Below, in pieces: positions 15,001 to 27,149 of a stretch of 64,000 nucleotides of DNA (positions are counted from its first letter, which is position 1; every line of letters begins with the position of its first letter). The stretch lies in the NCBI GenBank assembly GCA_964016885.1, contig OZ024741.1, forward strand, positions 410,998,001-411,062,000. The letters are read 5' to 3'. The DNA is from Eledone cirrhosa (lineage: Eukaryota). The notes beneath the pieces were generated by a model. It searched no databases and had not been told where the DNA came from. It saw only the letters and a program-made list of their open reading frames with translations. The translations under genes were made by a program, and so were the position numbers.

Positions 15001-18000
15001 TCGACAGCTAACAACTGATGCAGGTAGCTTGTTCCATGGAGGGTTTAAAGGATGCAGTGTCTCGACAGCTAACAACTGATGCAGGTAGTTTGTTCCATGG
15101 AGGTTTTAAAGTATGCAGTGTCTCGACAGCTAACAACTGATGCAGGTAGTTTGTTCCATGGAGGTTTTAAAGGATGCAGTGTCTCGACAGCTAACAACTG
15201 ATGCAGGTAGTTTGTTCCATGGAGGTTTTAAAGGATGCAGTGTTTCGACAGCTAACAACTGATGCAGGTAGTTTGTTCCATGGAGGTTTTAAAGGATGCA
15301 GTGTCTCGACAGCTAATAACTGATGCAGGTAGTTTGTTCCATGGAGGTTTTAAAGGATGCAGTGTCTCGACAGCTAACAACTGATGCAGGTAGTTTGTTC
15401 CATGGAGGTTTTAAAGGATGCAGTGTCTCGACAGCTAACAACTGATGCAGGTAGTTTGTTCCATGGAGGTTTTAAAGGATGCAGTGTTTCGACAGCTAAC
15501 AACTGATGCAGGTAGTTTCTTCCATGGAGGTTTTAAAGGATGCAGTGTCTCGACAGCTAACAACTGATGCAGGTAGTTTGTTCCATGGAGGTTTTAAAGG
15601 ATGCAGTGTCTCGACAGCTAACAACTGATGCATTTAGTTTGTTCCATGGAGGTTTTAAAGGATGCAGTGTCTCGACAGCTAACAACTGATGCAGGTAGTT
15701 TGTTCCATGGAGGTTTTAAAGGATGCAGTGTCTCGACAGCTAACAACTGATGCAGGTAGTTTGTTCCATGGAGGGTTTAAAGGATGCAGTGTCTCGACAG
15801 CTAACAACTGATGCAGGTAGTTTGTTCCATGGAGGTTTTAAAGTATGCAGTGTCTCGACAGCTAACAACTGATGCAGGTAGTTTGTTCCATGGAGGTTTT
15901 AAAGGATGCAGTGTCTCGACAGCTAACAACTGATGCAGGTAGTTTGTTCCATGCAGGTTTTAAAGGATGCAGTGTCTCGACAGCTAACAACTGATGCAGG
16001 TAGTTTGTTCCATGGAGGTTTTAAAGGATGCAGTGTCTCGACAGCTAACAACTGATGCAGGTAGTTTGTTCCATGGAGGTTTTAAAGGATGCAGTGTTTC
16101 GACAGCTAACAACTGATGCAGGTAGTTTGTTCCATGGAGGTTTTAAAGGATGCAGTGTCTCGACAGCTAATAACTGATGCAGGTAGTTTGTTCCATGGAG
16201 GTTTTAAAGGATGCAGTGTCTCGAGAGCTAACAACTGATGCAGGTAGTTTGTTCCATGGAGGTTTTAAAGGATGCAGTGTCTCGACAGCTAACAACTGAT
16301 GCAGGTAGTTTGTTCCATGGAGGTTTTAAAGGATGCAGTGTTTCGACAGCTAACAACTGATGCAGGTAGTTTGTTCCATGGAGGTTTTAAAGGATGCAGT
16401 GTCTCGACAGCTAATAACTGATGCAGGTAGTTTGTTCCATGGAGGTTTTAAAGGATGCAGTGTCTCGAGAGCTAACAACTGATGCAGGTAGTTTGTTCCA
16501 TGGAGGTTTTAAAGGATGCAGTGTCTCGACAGCTAACAACTGATGCAGGTAGTTTGTTCCATGGAGGTTTTAAAGGATGCAGTGTTTCGACAGCTAACAA
16601 CTGATGCAGGTAGTTTGTTCCATGGAGGTTTTAAAGGATGCAGTGTCTCGACAGCTAATAACTGATGCAGGTAGTTTGTTCCATGGAGGTTTTAAAGGAT
16701 GCAGTGTCTCGAGAGCTAACAACTGATGCAGGTAGTTTGTTCCATGGAGGTTTTAAAGGATGCAGTGTCTCGACAGCTAACAACTGATGCAGGTAGTTTG
16801 TTCCATGGAGGTTTTAAAGGATGCAGTGTTTCGACAGCTAATAACTGATGCAGGTAGTTTGTTCCATGGAGGTTTTAAAGGATGCAGTGTCTCGAGAGCT
16901 AACAACTGATGCAGGTAGTTTGTTCCATGGAGGTTTTAAAGGATGCAGTGTCTCGACAGCTAACAACTGATGCAGGTAGTTTGTTCCATGGAGGTTTTAA
17001 AGGATGCAGTGTTTCGACAGCTAACAACTGATGCAGGTAGTTTGTTCCATGGAGGTTTTAAAGGATGCAGTGTCTCGACAGCTAATAACTGATGCAGGTA
17101 GTTTGTTCCATGGAGGTTTTAAAGGATGCAGTGTCTCGAGAGCTAACAACTGATGCAGGTAGTTTGTTCCATGGAGGTTTTAAAGGATGCAGTGTCTCGA
17201 CAGCTAACAACTGATGCAGGTAGTTTGTTCCATGGAGGTTTTAAAGGATGCAGTGTTTCGACAGCTAACAACTGATGCAGGTAGTTTGTTCCATGGAGGT
17301 TTTAAAGGATGCAGTGTCTCGACAGCTAACAACTGATGCAGGTAGTTTGTTCCATGGAGGTTTTAAAGGATGCAGTGTCTCGACAGGTAACAACTGATGC
17401 ATTTAGTTTGTTCCATGGAGGTTTTAAAGGATGCAGTGTCTCGACAGCTAACAACTGATGCAGGTAGTTTGTTCCATGGAGGGTTTAAAGGATGCAGTGT
17501 CTCGACAGCTAACAACTGATGCAGGTAGGTTGTTCCATGGAGGTTTTAAAGGATGCAGTGTCTCGACAGCTAACAACTGATGCAGGTAGTTTGTTCCATG
17601 GAGGTTTTAAAGTATGCAGTGTCTCGACAGCTAACAACTGATGCAGGTAGTTTGTTCCATGGAGGTTTTAAAGGATGCAGTGTTTCGACAGCTAACAACT
17701 GATGCAGGTAGTTTGTTCCATGGAGGTTTTAAAGGATGCAGTGTCTTGACAGCTAATAACTGATGCAGGTAGTTTGTTCCATGGAGGTTTTAAAGGATGC
17801 AGTGTCTAGACAGCTAATAACTGATGCAGGTAGTTTGTTCCATGGAGGTTTTAAAGGATGCAGTGTCTCGACAGCTAACAACTGATGCAGTTAGTTTGTT
17901 CCATGGAGGTTTTAATGGATGCAGTGTCTCGACAGCTAACAACTGATGCAGTTAGTTTGTTCCATGGAGGTTTTAAAGGATGCAGTGTCTTGACAGCTAA

Positions 18001-21000
18001 TAACTGATGCAGGTAGTTTGTTCCATGGAGGTTTTAAAGGATGCAGTGTCTAGACAGCTAATAACTGATGCAGGTAGTTTGTTCCATGGAGGTTTTAAAG
18101 GATGCAGTGTCTCGACAGCTAACAACTGATGCAGGTAGTTTGTTCCATGGAGGTTTTAAAGGATGCAGTGTCTCGACAGCTAACAACTGATGCAGGTAGT
18201 TTGTTCCATGGAGGTTTTAAAGGATGCAGTGTCTCGACAGCTAACAACTGATGCAGTTAGTTTGTTCCATGGAGGTTTTAATGGATGCAGTGTCTCGACA
18301 GCTAACAACTGATGCAGTTAGTTTGTTCCATGGAGGTTTTAAAGGATGCAGTGTCTTGACAGCTAATAACTGATGCAGGTAGTTTGTTCCATGGAGGTTT
18401 TAAAGGATGCAGTGTCTAGACAGCTAATAACTGATGCAGGTAGTTTGTTCCATGGAGGTTTTAAAGGATGCAGTGTCTCGACAGCTAACAACTGATGCAG
18501 GTAGTTTGTTCCATGGAGGTTTTAAAGGATGCAGTGTCTCGACAGCTAACAACTGATGCAGGTAGTTTGTTCCATGGAGGTTTTAAAGGATGCAGTGTCT
18601 CGACAGCTAACAACTGATGCAGTTAGTTTGTTCCATGGAGGTTTTAATGGATGCAGTGTCTCGACAGCTAACAACTGATGCAGGTAGTTTGTTCCATGGA
18701 GGTTTTAAAGGATGCAGTGTCTCGACAGCTAACAACTGATGCAGGTAGTTTGTTCCATGGAGGTTTTAAAGGATGCAGTGTTTCGACACCTAACAACTGA
18801 TGCAGGTAGTTTGTTCCATGGAGGTTTTAAAGGATGCAGTGTCTCGACAGCTAATAACTGATGCAGGTAGTTTGTTCCATGGAGGTTTTAAAGGATGCAG
18901 TGTCTCGACAGCTAACAACTGATGCAGGTAGTTTGTTCCATGGAGGTTTTAAAGGATGCAGTGTCTCGACAGCTAACAACTGATGCATTTAGTTTGTTCC
19001 ATGGAGGTTTTAAAGGATGCAGTGTCTCGACAGCTAACAACTGATGCAGGTAGTTTGTTCCATGGAGGGTTTAAAGGATGCAGTGTCTCGATAGCTAACA
19101 ACTGATGCAGGTAGTTTGTTCCATGGAGGTTTTAAAGTATGCAGTGTCTCGACAGCTAACAACTGATGCAGGTAGTTTGTTCCATGGAGGTTTTAAAGGA
19201 TGCAGTGTCTCGACAGCTAACAACTGATGCAGGTAGTTTGTTCCATGGAGGTTTTAAAGGATGCAGTGTTTCGACAGCTAACAACTGATGCAGGTAGTTT
19301 GTTCCATGGAGGTTTTAAAGGATGCAGTGTCTCGACAGCTAACAACTGATGCAGGTAGTTTGTTCCATGGAGGTTTTAAAGGATGCAGTGTCTCGACAGC
19401 TAACAACTGATGCAGGTAGTTTGTTCCATGGAGGTTTTAAAGGATGCAGTGTCTCGACAGCTAACAACTGATGCAGGTAGTTTGTTCCATGGAGGTTTTA
19501 AAGGATGCAGTGTTTCGACAGCTAACAACTGATGCAGGTAGTTTGTTCCATGGAGGTTTTAAAGGATGCAGTGTCTTGACAGCTAATAACTGATGCAGGT
19601 AGTTTGTTCCATGGAGGTTTTAAAGGATGCAGTGTCTAGACAGCTAATAACTGATGCAGGTAGTTTGGTCCATGGAGGTTTTAAAGGATGCAGTGTCTCG
19701 ACAGCTAACAACTGATGCAGGTAGTTTGTTCCATGGAGGTTTTAAAGGATGCAGTGTCTCGACAGCTAACAACTGATGCAGGTAGTTTGTTCCATGGAGG
19801 TTTTAAAGTATGCAGTGTCTCGACAGCTAACAACTGATGGAGTTAGTTTGTTCCATGGAGGTTTTAAAGGATGCAGTGTCTCGACAGCTAACAACTGATG
19901 CAGGTAGTTTGTTCCATGGAGGTTTTAAAGGATGCAGTGTGTCGACAGCTAACAACTGATGCAGGTAGTTTGTTCCATGGAGGTTTTAAAGGATGCAGTG
20001 TCTCGACAGCTAACAACTGATGCATTTAGTTTGTTCCATGGAGGTTTTAAAGGATGCAGTGTCTCGACAGCTAACAACTGATGCAGTTAGTTTGTTCCAT
20101 GGAGGTTTTAATGGATGCAGTGTCTCGACAGCTAACAACTGATGCAGGTAGTTTGTTCCATGGAGGTTTTAAAGGATGCAGTGTCTCGACAGCTAACAAC
20201 TGATGCAGTTAGTTTGTTCCATGGAGGTTTTAATGGATGCAGTGTCTCGACAGCTAACAACTGATGCAGGTAGTTTGTTCCATGGAGGTTTTAAAGGATG
20301 CAGTGTCTCGACAGCTAACAACTGATGCAGGTAGTTTGTTCCATGGAGGTTTTAAAGGATGCAGTGTTTCGACACCTAACAACTGATGCAGGTAGTTTGT
20401 TCCATGGAGGTTTTAAAGGATGCAGTGTCTCGACAGCTAATAACTGATGCAGGTAGTTTGTTCCATGGAGGTTTTAAAGGATGCAGTGTCTCGACAGCTA
20501 ACAACTGATGCAGGTAGTTTGTTCCATGGAGGTTTTAAAGGATGCAGTGTCTCGACAGCTAACAACTGATGCATTTAGTTTGTTCCATGGAGGTTTTAAA
20601 GGATGCAGTGTCTCGACAGCTAACAACTGATGCAGGTAGTTTGTTCCATGGAGGGTTTAAAGGATGCAGTGTCTCGACAGCTAACAACTGATGCAGGTAG
20701 TTTGTTCCATGGAGGTTTTAAAGTATGCAGTGTCTCGACAGCTAACAACTGATGCAGGTAGTTTGTTCCATGGAGGTTTTAAAGGATGCAGTGTCTCGAC
20801 AGCTAACAACTGATGCAGGTAGTTTGTTCCATGGAGGTTTTAAAGGATGCAGTGTTTCGACAGCTAACAACTGATGCAGGTAGTTTGTTCCATGGAGGTT
20901 TTAAAGGATGCAGTGTCTCGACAGCTAATAACTGATGCAGGTAGTTTGTTCCATGGAGGTTTTAAAGGATGCAGTGTCTCGACAGCTAACAACTGATGCA

Positions 21001-22602
21001 GGTAGTTTGTTCCATGGAGGTTTTAAAGGATGCAGTGTCTCGACAGCTAACAACTGATGCAGGTAGTTTGTTCCATGGAGGTTTTAAAGGATGCAGTGTT
21101 TCGACAGCTAACAACTGATGCAGGTAGTTTCTTCCATGGAGGTTTTAAAGGATGCAGTGTCTCGACAGCTAACAACTGATGCAGGTAGTTTGTTCCATGG
21201 AGGTTTTAAAGGATGCAGTGTCTCGACAGCTAACAACTGATGCATTTAGTTTGTTCCATGGAGGTTTTAAAGGATGCAGTGTCTCGACAGCTAACAACTG
21301 ATGCAGGTAGTTTGTTCCATGGAGGGTTTAAAGGATGCAGTGTCTCGACAGCTAACAACTGATGCAGGTAGTTTGTTCCATGGAGGTTTTAAAGGATGCA
21401 GTGTCTCGACAGCTAACAACTGATGCAGGTAGTTTGTTCCATGGAGGTTTTAAAGTATGCAGTGTCTCGACAGCTAACAACTGATGCAGGTAGTTTGTTC
21501 CATGGAGGTTTTAAAGGATGCAGTGTTTCGACAGCTAACAACTGATGCAGGTAGTTTGTTCCATGGAGGTTTTAAAGGATGCAGTGTCTTGACAGCTAAT
21601 AACTGATGCAGGTAGTTTGTTCCATGGAGGTTTTAAAGGATGCAGTGTCTAGACAGCTAATAACTGATGCAGGTAGTTTGTTCCATGGAGGTTTTAAAGG
21701 ATGCAGTGTCTCGACAGCTAACAACTGATGCAGGTAGTTTGTTCCATGGAGGTTTTAAAGGATGCAGTGTCTCGACAGCTAACAACTGATGCAGGTAGTT
21801 TGTTCCATGGAGGTTTTAAAGGATGCAGTGTCTCGACAGCTAACAACTGATGCAGGTAGTTTGTTCCATGGAGGTTTTAAAGGATGCAGTGTCTCGACAG
21901 CTAACAACTGATGCAGGTAGTTTGTTCCATGGAGGTTTTAAAGGATGCAGTGTTTCGACAGCTAACAACTGATGCAGGTAGTTTGTTCCATGGAGGTTTT
22001 AAAGGATGCAGTGTCTTGACAGCTAATAACTGATGCAGGTAGTTTGTTCCATGGAGGTTTTAAAGGATGCAGTGTCTAGACAGCTAATAACTGATGCAGG
22101 TAGTTTGTTCCATGGAGGTTTTAAAGGATGCAGTGTCTCGACAGCTAACAACTGATGCAGGTAGTTTGTTCCATGGAGGTTTTAAAGGATGCAGTGTCTC
22201 GACAGCTAACAACTGATGCAGGTAGTTTGTTCCATGGAGGTTTTAAAGTATGCAGTGTCTCGACAGCTAACAACTGATGGAGTTAGTTTGTTCCATGGAG
22301 GTTTTAAAGGATGCAGTGTCTCGACAGCTAACAACTGATGCAGGTAGTTTGTTCCATGGAGGTTTTAAAGGATGCAGTGTGTCGACAGCTAACAACTGAT
22401 GCAGGTAGTTTGTTCCATGGAGGTTTTAAAGGATGCAGTGTCTCGACAGCTAACAACTGATGCATTTAGTTTGTTCCATGGAGGTTTTAAAGGATGCAGT
22501 GTCTCGACAGCTAACAACTGATGCAGGTAGTTTGTTCCATGGAGGTTTTAAAGGATGCAGTGTCTCGACAGCTAACAACTGATGCAAGTAGTTTGTTCCA
22601 TG
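1..22602. repeat. 61-bp satellite array (~370 copies, runs off the left edge), derived from the 3' end of a CR1 LINE ORF2
   Basis: Consensus CTAACAACTGATGCAGGTAGTTTGTTCCATGGAGGTTTTAAAGGATGCAGTGTCTCGACAG with period 61. The minus strand reads WNKLPASVVSCRDTASFKTSM, matching WNKLPASIVSCRDTASFKTLM at the end of the CR1 ORF2 (34588-34652). Confidence 0.98.
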
Positions 22603-22756
22603 ATTCGGCAACTCTGAGCATGAAAAAATGTTTCCGAAAGTCATGGGAGCTGTGTTGTTTTCTGACTTTGTTGGGATGTCCATGTGTGTTAGACACATGG
22701 GAATCAAAAAGGTGCTCAGGGTTGTTGTTGGCAAGATGGTTAATAATTTTGTTGAG
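22541..22756 (-). mobile_element. 5'-truncated CR1 LINE fragment, continuous with the last satellite unit (seed of the array)
   Basis: Translates to ..INHLANNNPEHLFDSHVSNTHGHPNKVRKQHSSHDFRKHFFMLRVAESWNKL.., homologous to FNHLANCNPERLFDLHVSNTRGHAYKIRKQHSSHDFRRHFFTLRVAEAWNKL in the CR1 ORF at 34558-35631. Confidence 0.93.
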
Positions 22757-23016
22757 AAATAGGCAAAAATCCAAACCCCTGTTTATAAGTTAAGGCAGCT
22801 AATCAACACATTGTTTAGATGGTGCAGCTTTGAAATTCTCATGAGCGGAGAATATATTTATGAAGTTTTAATCTTTTAATATTTAAAATGTTTTACATTT
22901 CACTTAAAGATTAGTTTTTGTTTCACAACTCCATTATTTAATGTGTTTTTTACCGATTTCCAACCATTTTAAAGACCATATTCTTTCATAACACATTAAA
23001 AACAATAGGAAATACA

Positions 23017-23106
23017 AATTTCACCCCCAAAATGAAACAGGTGTAAAATTCACCCCCAAAGTGAAACTGGTGTAATATTCACCTCCAAAGTGAAACTGGT
23101 GTAATA
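23017..23106. repeat. 29-bp tandem repeat, 3 copies
   Basis: AAATTCACCCCCAAAGTGAAACTGGTGTA-like unit repeated three times. Confidence 0.85.
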
Positions 23107-23176
23107 CAGGGTGGACTGGGTGCTTTTAATCACGGGACTGAAACGACCACAGTATCACTATATTGTGGTCATTTCA

Positions 23177-23473
23177 GAACTGGGTGCTTTTTGTCTTATA
23201 ACCAACATGACCACTTTACAGAGTGGACTGCGTGTTGTTTGTTGTGTAACCAACACAACCAGCTTACAGAGTGGGCTGGGTGTGTTTGTTGTCACCAACA
23301 CAACCACCTTACAGAGTGGACTGGGTGTGTTTGTTGTGTTACCAACACAACCACCTTACAGAGTGGACTGGGTGTGTTTGTTGTGTTACCAACACAACCA
23401 CCTTACAGAGTGGACTGGGTGTTGTTTGTTGTGTCACCAACACAACCACCTTACAGAGTGGACTGGGTGCTTT
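23177..23473. repeat. ~47-bp minisatellite (~6 copies) related to the RTE/SINE 3'-tail motif
   Basis: Unit ACCAACACAACCACCTTACAGAGTGGACTGGGTGTGTTTGTTGTGTT. Its core resembles CACTTTACAGTGTGGGCTGGGTGCTTTT in the RTE 3' UTR (~38815-38845). Confidence 0.85.
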
Positions 23474-23539
23474 TCTTCCTTCTCAATGAAATTTAATTAA
23501 AGATTAAAAAAAGGCACAATAATTTAAAGTAACATATAT

Positions 23540-23545
23540 TTTATT
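23540..23545 (-). terminator. candidate CDC23 polyadenylation signal (AATAAA)
   Basis: TTTATT on the + strand, 18 nt past the stop codon. The context is AT-rich, so a chance match is plausible. Confidence 0.3.
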
Positions 23546-23563
23546 TAATACGAGGTTTGATGT

Positions 23564-23740
23564 TTAAGGAGGTGTGAAGCGATGTCTTCCACTAATAATC
23601 TGCATCAAAGGAGGATGTTCAACATTTGAGTCATTTAATTCACTTCCAATTGTGTCTGTACTTTCTTCCATTTGACTGCTTCCGTCACCAACACGCAGAT
23701 GGGCAATCTGTCGCAATAACGCTTTCCCTTCTTCTTTTGT
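23564..23740 (-). CDS. CDC23: CDC23/APC8 (anaphase-promoting complex subunit 8), last coding exon
   Basis: Acceptor TTTTATTCTTCAG|ACA. 177 nt = TKEEGKALLRQIAHLRVGDG...RFTPP*, matching the conserved CDC23 motif TREEGKALLRQI. Phase 0 with the previous exon. Confidence 0.93.
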   Translation of the reverse strand, partial: TKEEGKALLRQIAHLRVGDGSSQMEESTDTIGSELNDSNVEHPPLMQIISGRHRFTPP

Positions 23741-23846
23741 CTGAAGAATAAAAGTAAGAAAACATAAACACATATATTTGGCTAAGTTAGACACAAGCAA
23801 CCATGAAATATATAACATAGAATACAGCCACTACTTATTAACTGAC

Positions 23847-24826
23847 CACTACCACTTTGCAGAGTGTACTGGGTGTATTTTATAATGTCACCATCACTAC
23901 CACTTTACAGAGTGTACTGGGTGTATTTTATCATGACACCAACACTACCACTTTACAGTGTACTGGGTGTATTTTATAATGACACTGTTACTACCACTTT
24001 ACAGAGTGTACTGGGTGTATTTTATCATGGTACCAACACTACCACTTTACAGAGTGTACAGGGTGTATTTTAGCATGGTACCAACACTACCACTTTACAG
24101 AGTGTACTGGGTGTATTTTATCATGACACCAACACTACCACTTTACAGAGTGTACTGGGTGTATTTTATCATGGTACCAACACTACCACTTTACAGAGTG
24201 TACTGGGTGTATTTTATCATGACACCAACACTACCACTTTACAGAGTGTTCTGGGTGTATTTTATCATGGTACCAACACTACCACTTTACAGAGTGTACT
24301 GGGTGTATTTTATCATGACACCAACACTACCACTTTACAGAGTGTACTGGGTGTATTTTATCATGGTACCAACACTACCACTTTACAGAGTGTACTGGGT
24401 GTATTTTATCATGACACCAACACTACCACTTTACAGAGTGTACTGGGTGTATTTTATCATGGTACCAACACTACCACTTTACAGAGTGTATTGGGTGTAT
24501 TTTATCATGACACCAACACTACCACTTTACAGAGTGTACTGGGTGTATTTTATCATGGTACCAACACTACCACTTTACAGAGTGTACTGGGTGTATTTTA
24601 TCATGGTACCAACACTACCACTTTACAGAGTGTACTGGGTGTATTTTATCATGGTACCAACACTACCACTTTACAGAGTGTTCTGGGTGTATTTTATCAT
24701 GGTACCAACACTACCACTTTACAGAGTGTACTGGGTGTATTTTATCATGGTACCAACACTACCACTTTACAGAGTGTACTGGGTGTATTTTATCATGGTA
24801 CCAACACTACCACTTTACAGAGTGTA
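23847..24826. repeat. 48-bp minisatellite (~20 copies) in the last CDC23 intron
   Basis: Unit TCATGGTACCAACACTACCACTTTACAGAGTGTACTGGGTGTATTTTA, with alternating GGTA/GACA variants. A dispersed monomer core lies inverted at 47601-47624. Confidence 0.95.
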
Positions 24827-25164
24827 CAAGGTGTATATTATGTGTAAAGCCCTACTTCATTGTATGAGGTACACTGTTGAGCAGCATGGTACCAACACTA
24901 CCACTTTACAGAGTGTACAAGGTGTATATTATGTGTAAAGCCCTACTTCATTGTATGAGGTACACTGTTGAGCAGCATGGTACCAACACTACCACTTTAC
25001 AGAGTGTACAAGGTGTATATTATGTGTAAAGCCCTACTTCATTGTATGAGGTACACTGTTGAGCAGCATGGTACCAACACTACCACTTTACAGAGTGTAC
25101 AAGGTGTATATTATGTGTAAAGCCCTACTTCATTGTATGAGGTACACTGTTGAGCAGCATGGTA
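24794..25164. repeat. 91-bp tandem repeat x4 containing the 3' end of a CDC23 exon and its 5' splice site
   Basis: CATGGTA recurs at 24794, 24885, 24976, 25067 and 25158. Each unit carries the minus-strand sequence ..CAGTGTACCTCATACAATGAA|GTAGGG. Confidence 0.95.
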
Positions 25165-25248
25165 GGCCTCATCCAAGAGGTTCTGTCGAAGGTAGAAGTT
25201 TGCCAAGTATTTATAAGCTTGAGCCATCTCTTCACTGGAGTAGAGGTT
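25129..25248 (-). CDS. CDC23: CDC23/APC8 penultimate coding exon
   Basis: TTACAG|AAC...GAA|GTAGGG. 120 nt = NLYSSEEMAQAYKYLANFYLRQNLLDEAYHAAQQCTSYNE, similar to vertebrate CDC23 EESTAFRYLAQYYFKCKLWDEASTCAQKCCAFND. Phase 0/0. Confidence 0.92.
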
Positions 25249-25304
25249 CTGTAATTATAAACAGATTCATTAATTAATTAGATAAAAACTTAATTATACA
25301 GTTA

Positions 25305-25418
25305 GAATAGAAGAGGGAAGAAGAGGGGTGGGAAAAAGGGAGACGAAGGGGAGAGGGGGAACTGTTTGAGAGGAGAGAGAGGGGGGAAGTATGTGAATGA
25401 GGGGCAGAGAAAGGGAGA
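25305..25418. repeat. GA-rich low-complexity tract (pyrimidine tract on the transcribed strand, upstream of the acceptor at 25250)
   Basis: Nearly pure purine run on the + strand. Confidence 0.7.
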
Positions 25419-27149
25419 TTAACCCTTTAGCATTTAAACCGGACATATCCGGCCAGAATTCTGTCACCTTTTTCTGTTCAAACTGGCTGTATCTGTCCAC
25501 TCATACTGACGTTAAGGTATTGTTCTCAAAATGAATAATATCGAAATTTCATAGATTCGATATTATGTGAGATATTTATGTAAAGCTTTTACCATGAAAA
25601 TATAATAGTATATATAGAGTAATGTAAATGTTATGTGAGATATTATGTGAGGTAAAACCTTTACTGTGAAAATATAATAGTATATATAGAGTAATGTAAA
25701 TGTTATGTGAGATATTATGTGAGGTAAAACCGTTACTGTGAAAATATAATAGTATATATAGAGTAATGTAAATGTTATGTGAGATATTATGTGAGGTAAA
25801 ACCGTTACTGTGAAAATATAATAGTATATATAGAGTAATGTAAATGTTATGTGAGATATTATGTGAGGTAAAGCTTTTACCATGAAAATATAATAGTATA
25901 TATAGAGTAATGTAAATGTTATGTGAGATATTATGTGAGGTAAAACCTTTACTGTGAAAATATAATAGTATATATAGAGTAATGTAAATGTTATGTGAGG
26001 TATTATGTGATGTAAAGCCTTTACTGTGAAAATACAATAGTATATATAGAGTAATGTAAATGTTATGTGAGATATTATGTGAGGTAAAACCTTTACTGTG
26101 ACAATACAATAGTAGATATAGAGTAATGTAAATGTTATGTGAGATATTATGTGAGATAAAGCCTTTACTGTGACAATACAATAGTATATATAGAGTAATG
26201 TAAATGTTATGAGATATTATGTGAGGTAAAGCCTTTACTGTGAAAATACAATAGTATATATAGAGTAATGTAAATGTTATGTGAGATATTATGTGAGGTA
26301 AAACCTTTACTGTGAAAATATAATAGTATATATAGAGTAATGTAAATGTTATGTGAGATATTATGTGAGGTAAAACCTTTACTGTGAAAATATAATAGTA
26401 TATATAGAGTAATGTAAATGTTATGTGAGATATTATGTGAGGTAAAACCTTTACTGTGAAAATATAATAGTATATATCGAGTAATGTAAATGTTATGTGA
26501 GATATTATGTGAGGTAAAGCCTTTACTGTGAAAATACAATAGTATATATAGAGTAATGTAAATGTTATGTGAGGTATTATGTGATGTAAAGCCTTTACTG
26601 TGAAAATACAATAGTATATATAGAGTAATGTAAATGTTATGTGAGATATTATGTGAGGTAAAACCTTTACTGTGACAATACAATAGTAGATATAGAGTAA
26701 TGTAAATGTTATGTGAGATATTATGTGAGATAAAGCCTTTACTGTGACAATACAATAGTATATATAGAGTAATGTAAATGTTATGAGATATTATGTGAGG
26801 TAAAGCCTTTACTGTGAAAATACAATAGTATATATAGAGTAATGTAAATGTTATGTGAGATATTATGTGAGGTAAAACCTTTACTGTGAAAATATAATAG
26901 TATATATAGAGTGGTTTCTTTATTTGCCACTAGGGCACAAAAGGTAGGGACAGATACAAGGGGGGAAGTTTACATATAATTAACGAGTACAAAAATATAA
27001 CAATGAAATAACAACAACAAACGAAGTCCTCAATAGGGAGGGGGCATTAACATGGGTCGCACACACCCTGGAAAAAATGTGTAACCCTTCTCCTCAGGAG
27101 CACAAAGAGTAGGTGCTTCCCTCGTCTCCGCTTTTTCCTCTTCTTTCAC

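Noticed and set aside
1-22602. CRISPR-like regular repeat array
   Set aside because: Units are head-to-tail with no unique spacers, there are no cas genes, and the context is eukaryotic.
23741-23818. N-terminal 26 aa of the 84-aa ORF at 23564-23818
   Set aside because: Intronic sequence upstream of the AG acceptor at 23741-23742. Only the part from TKEEG is CDC23.
23958-24938. 326-aa hydrophobic repeat ORF (MVPTLPLYRVYWVYFI)n
   Set aside because: Translation of the 48-bp minisatellite on the strand opposite to CDC23.
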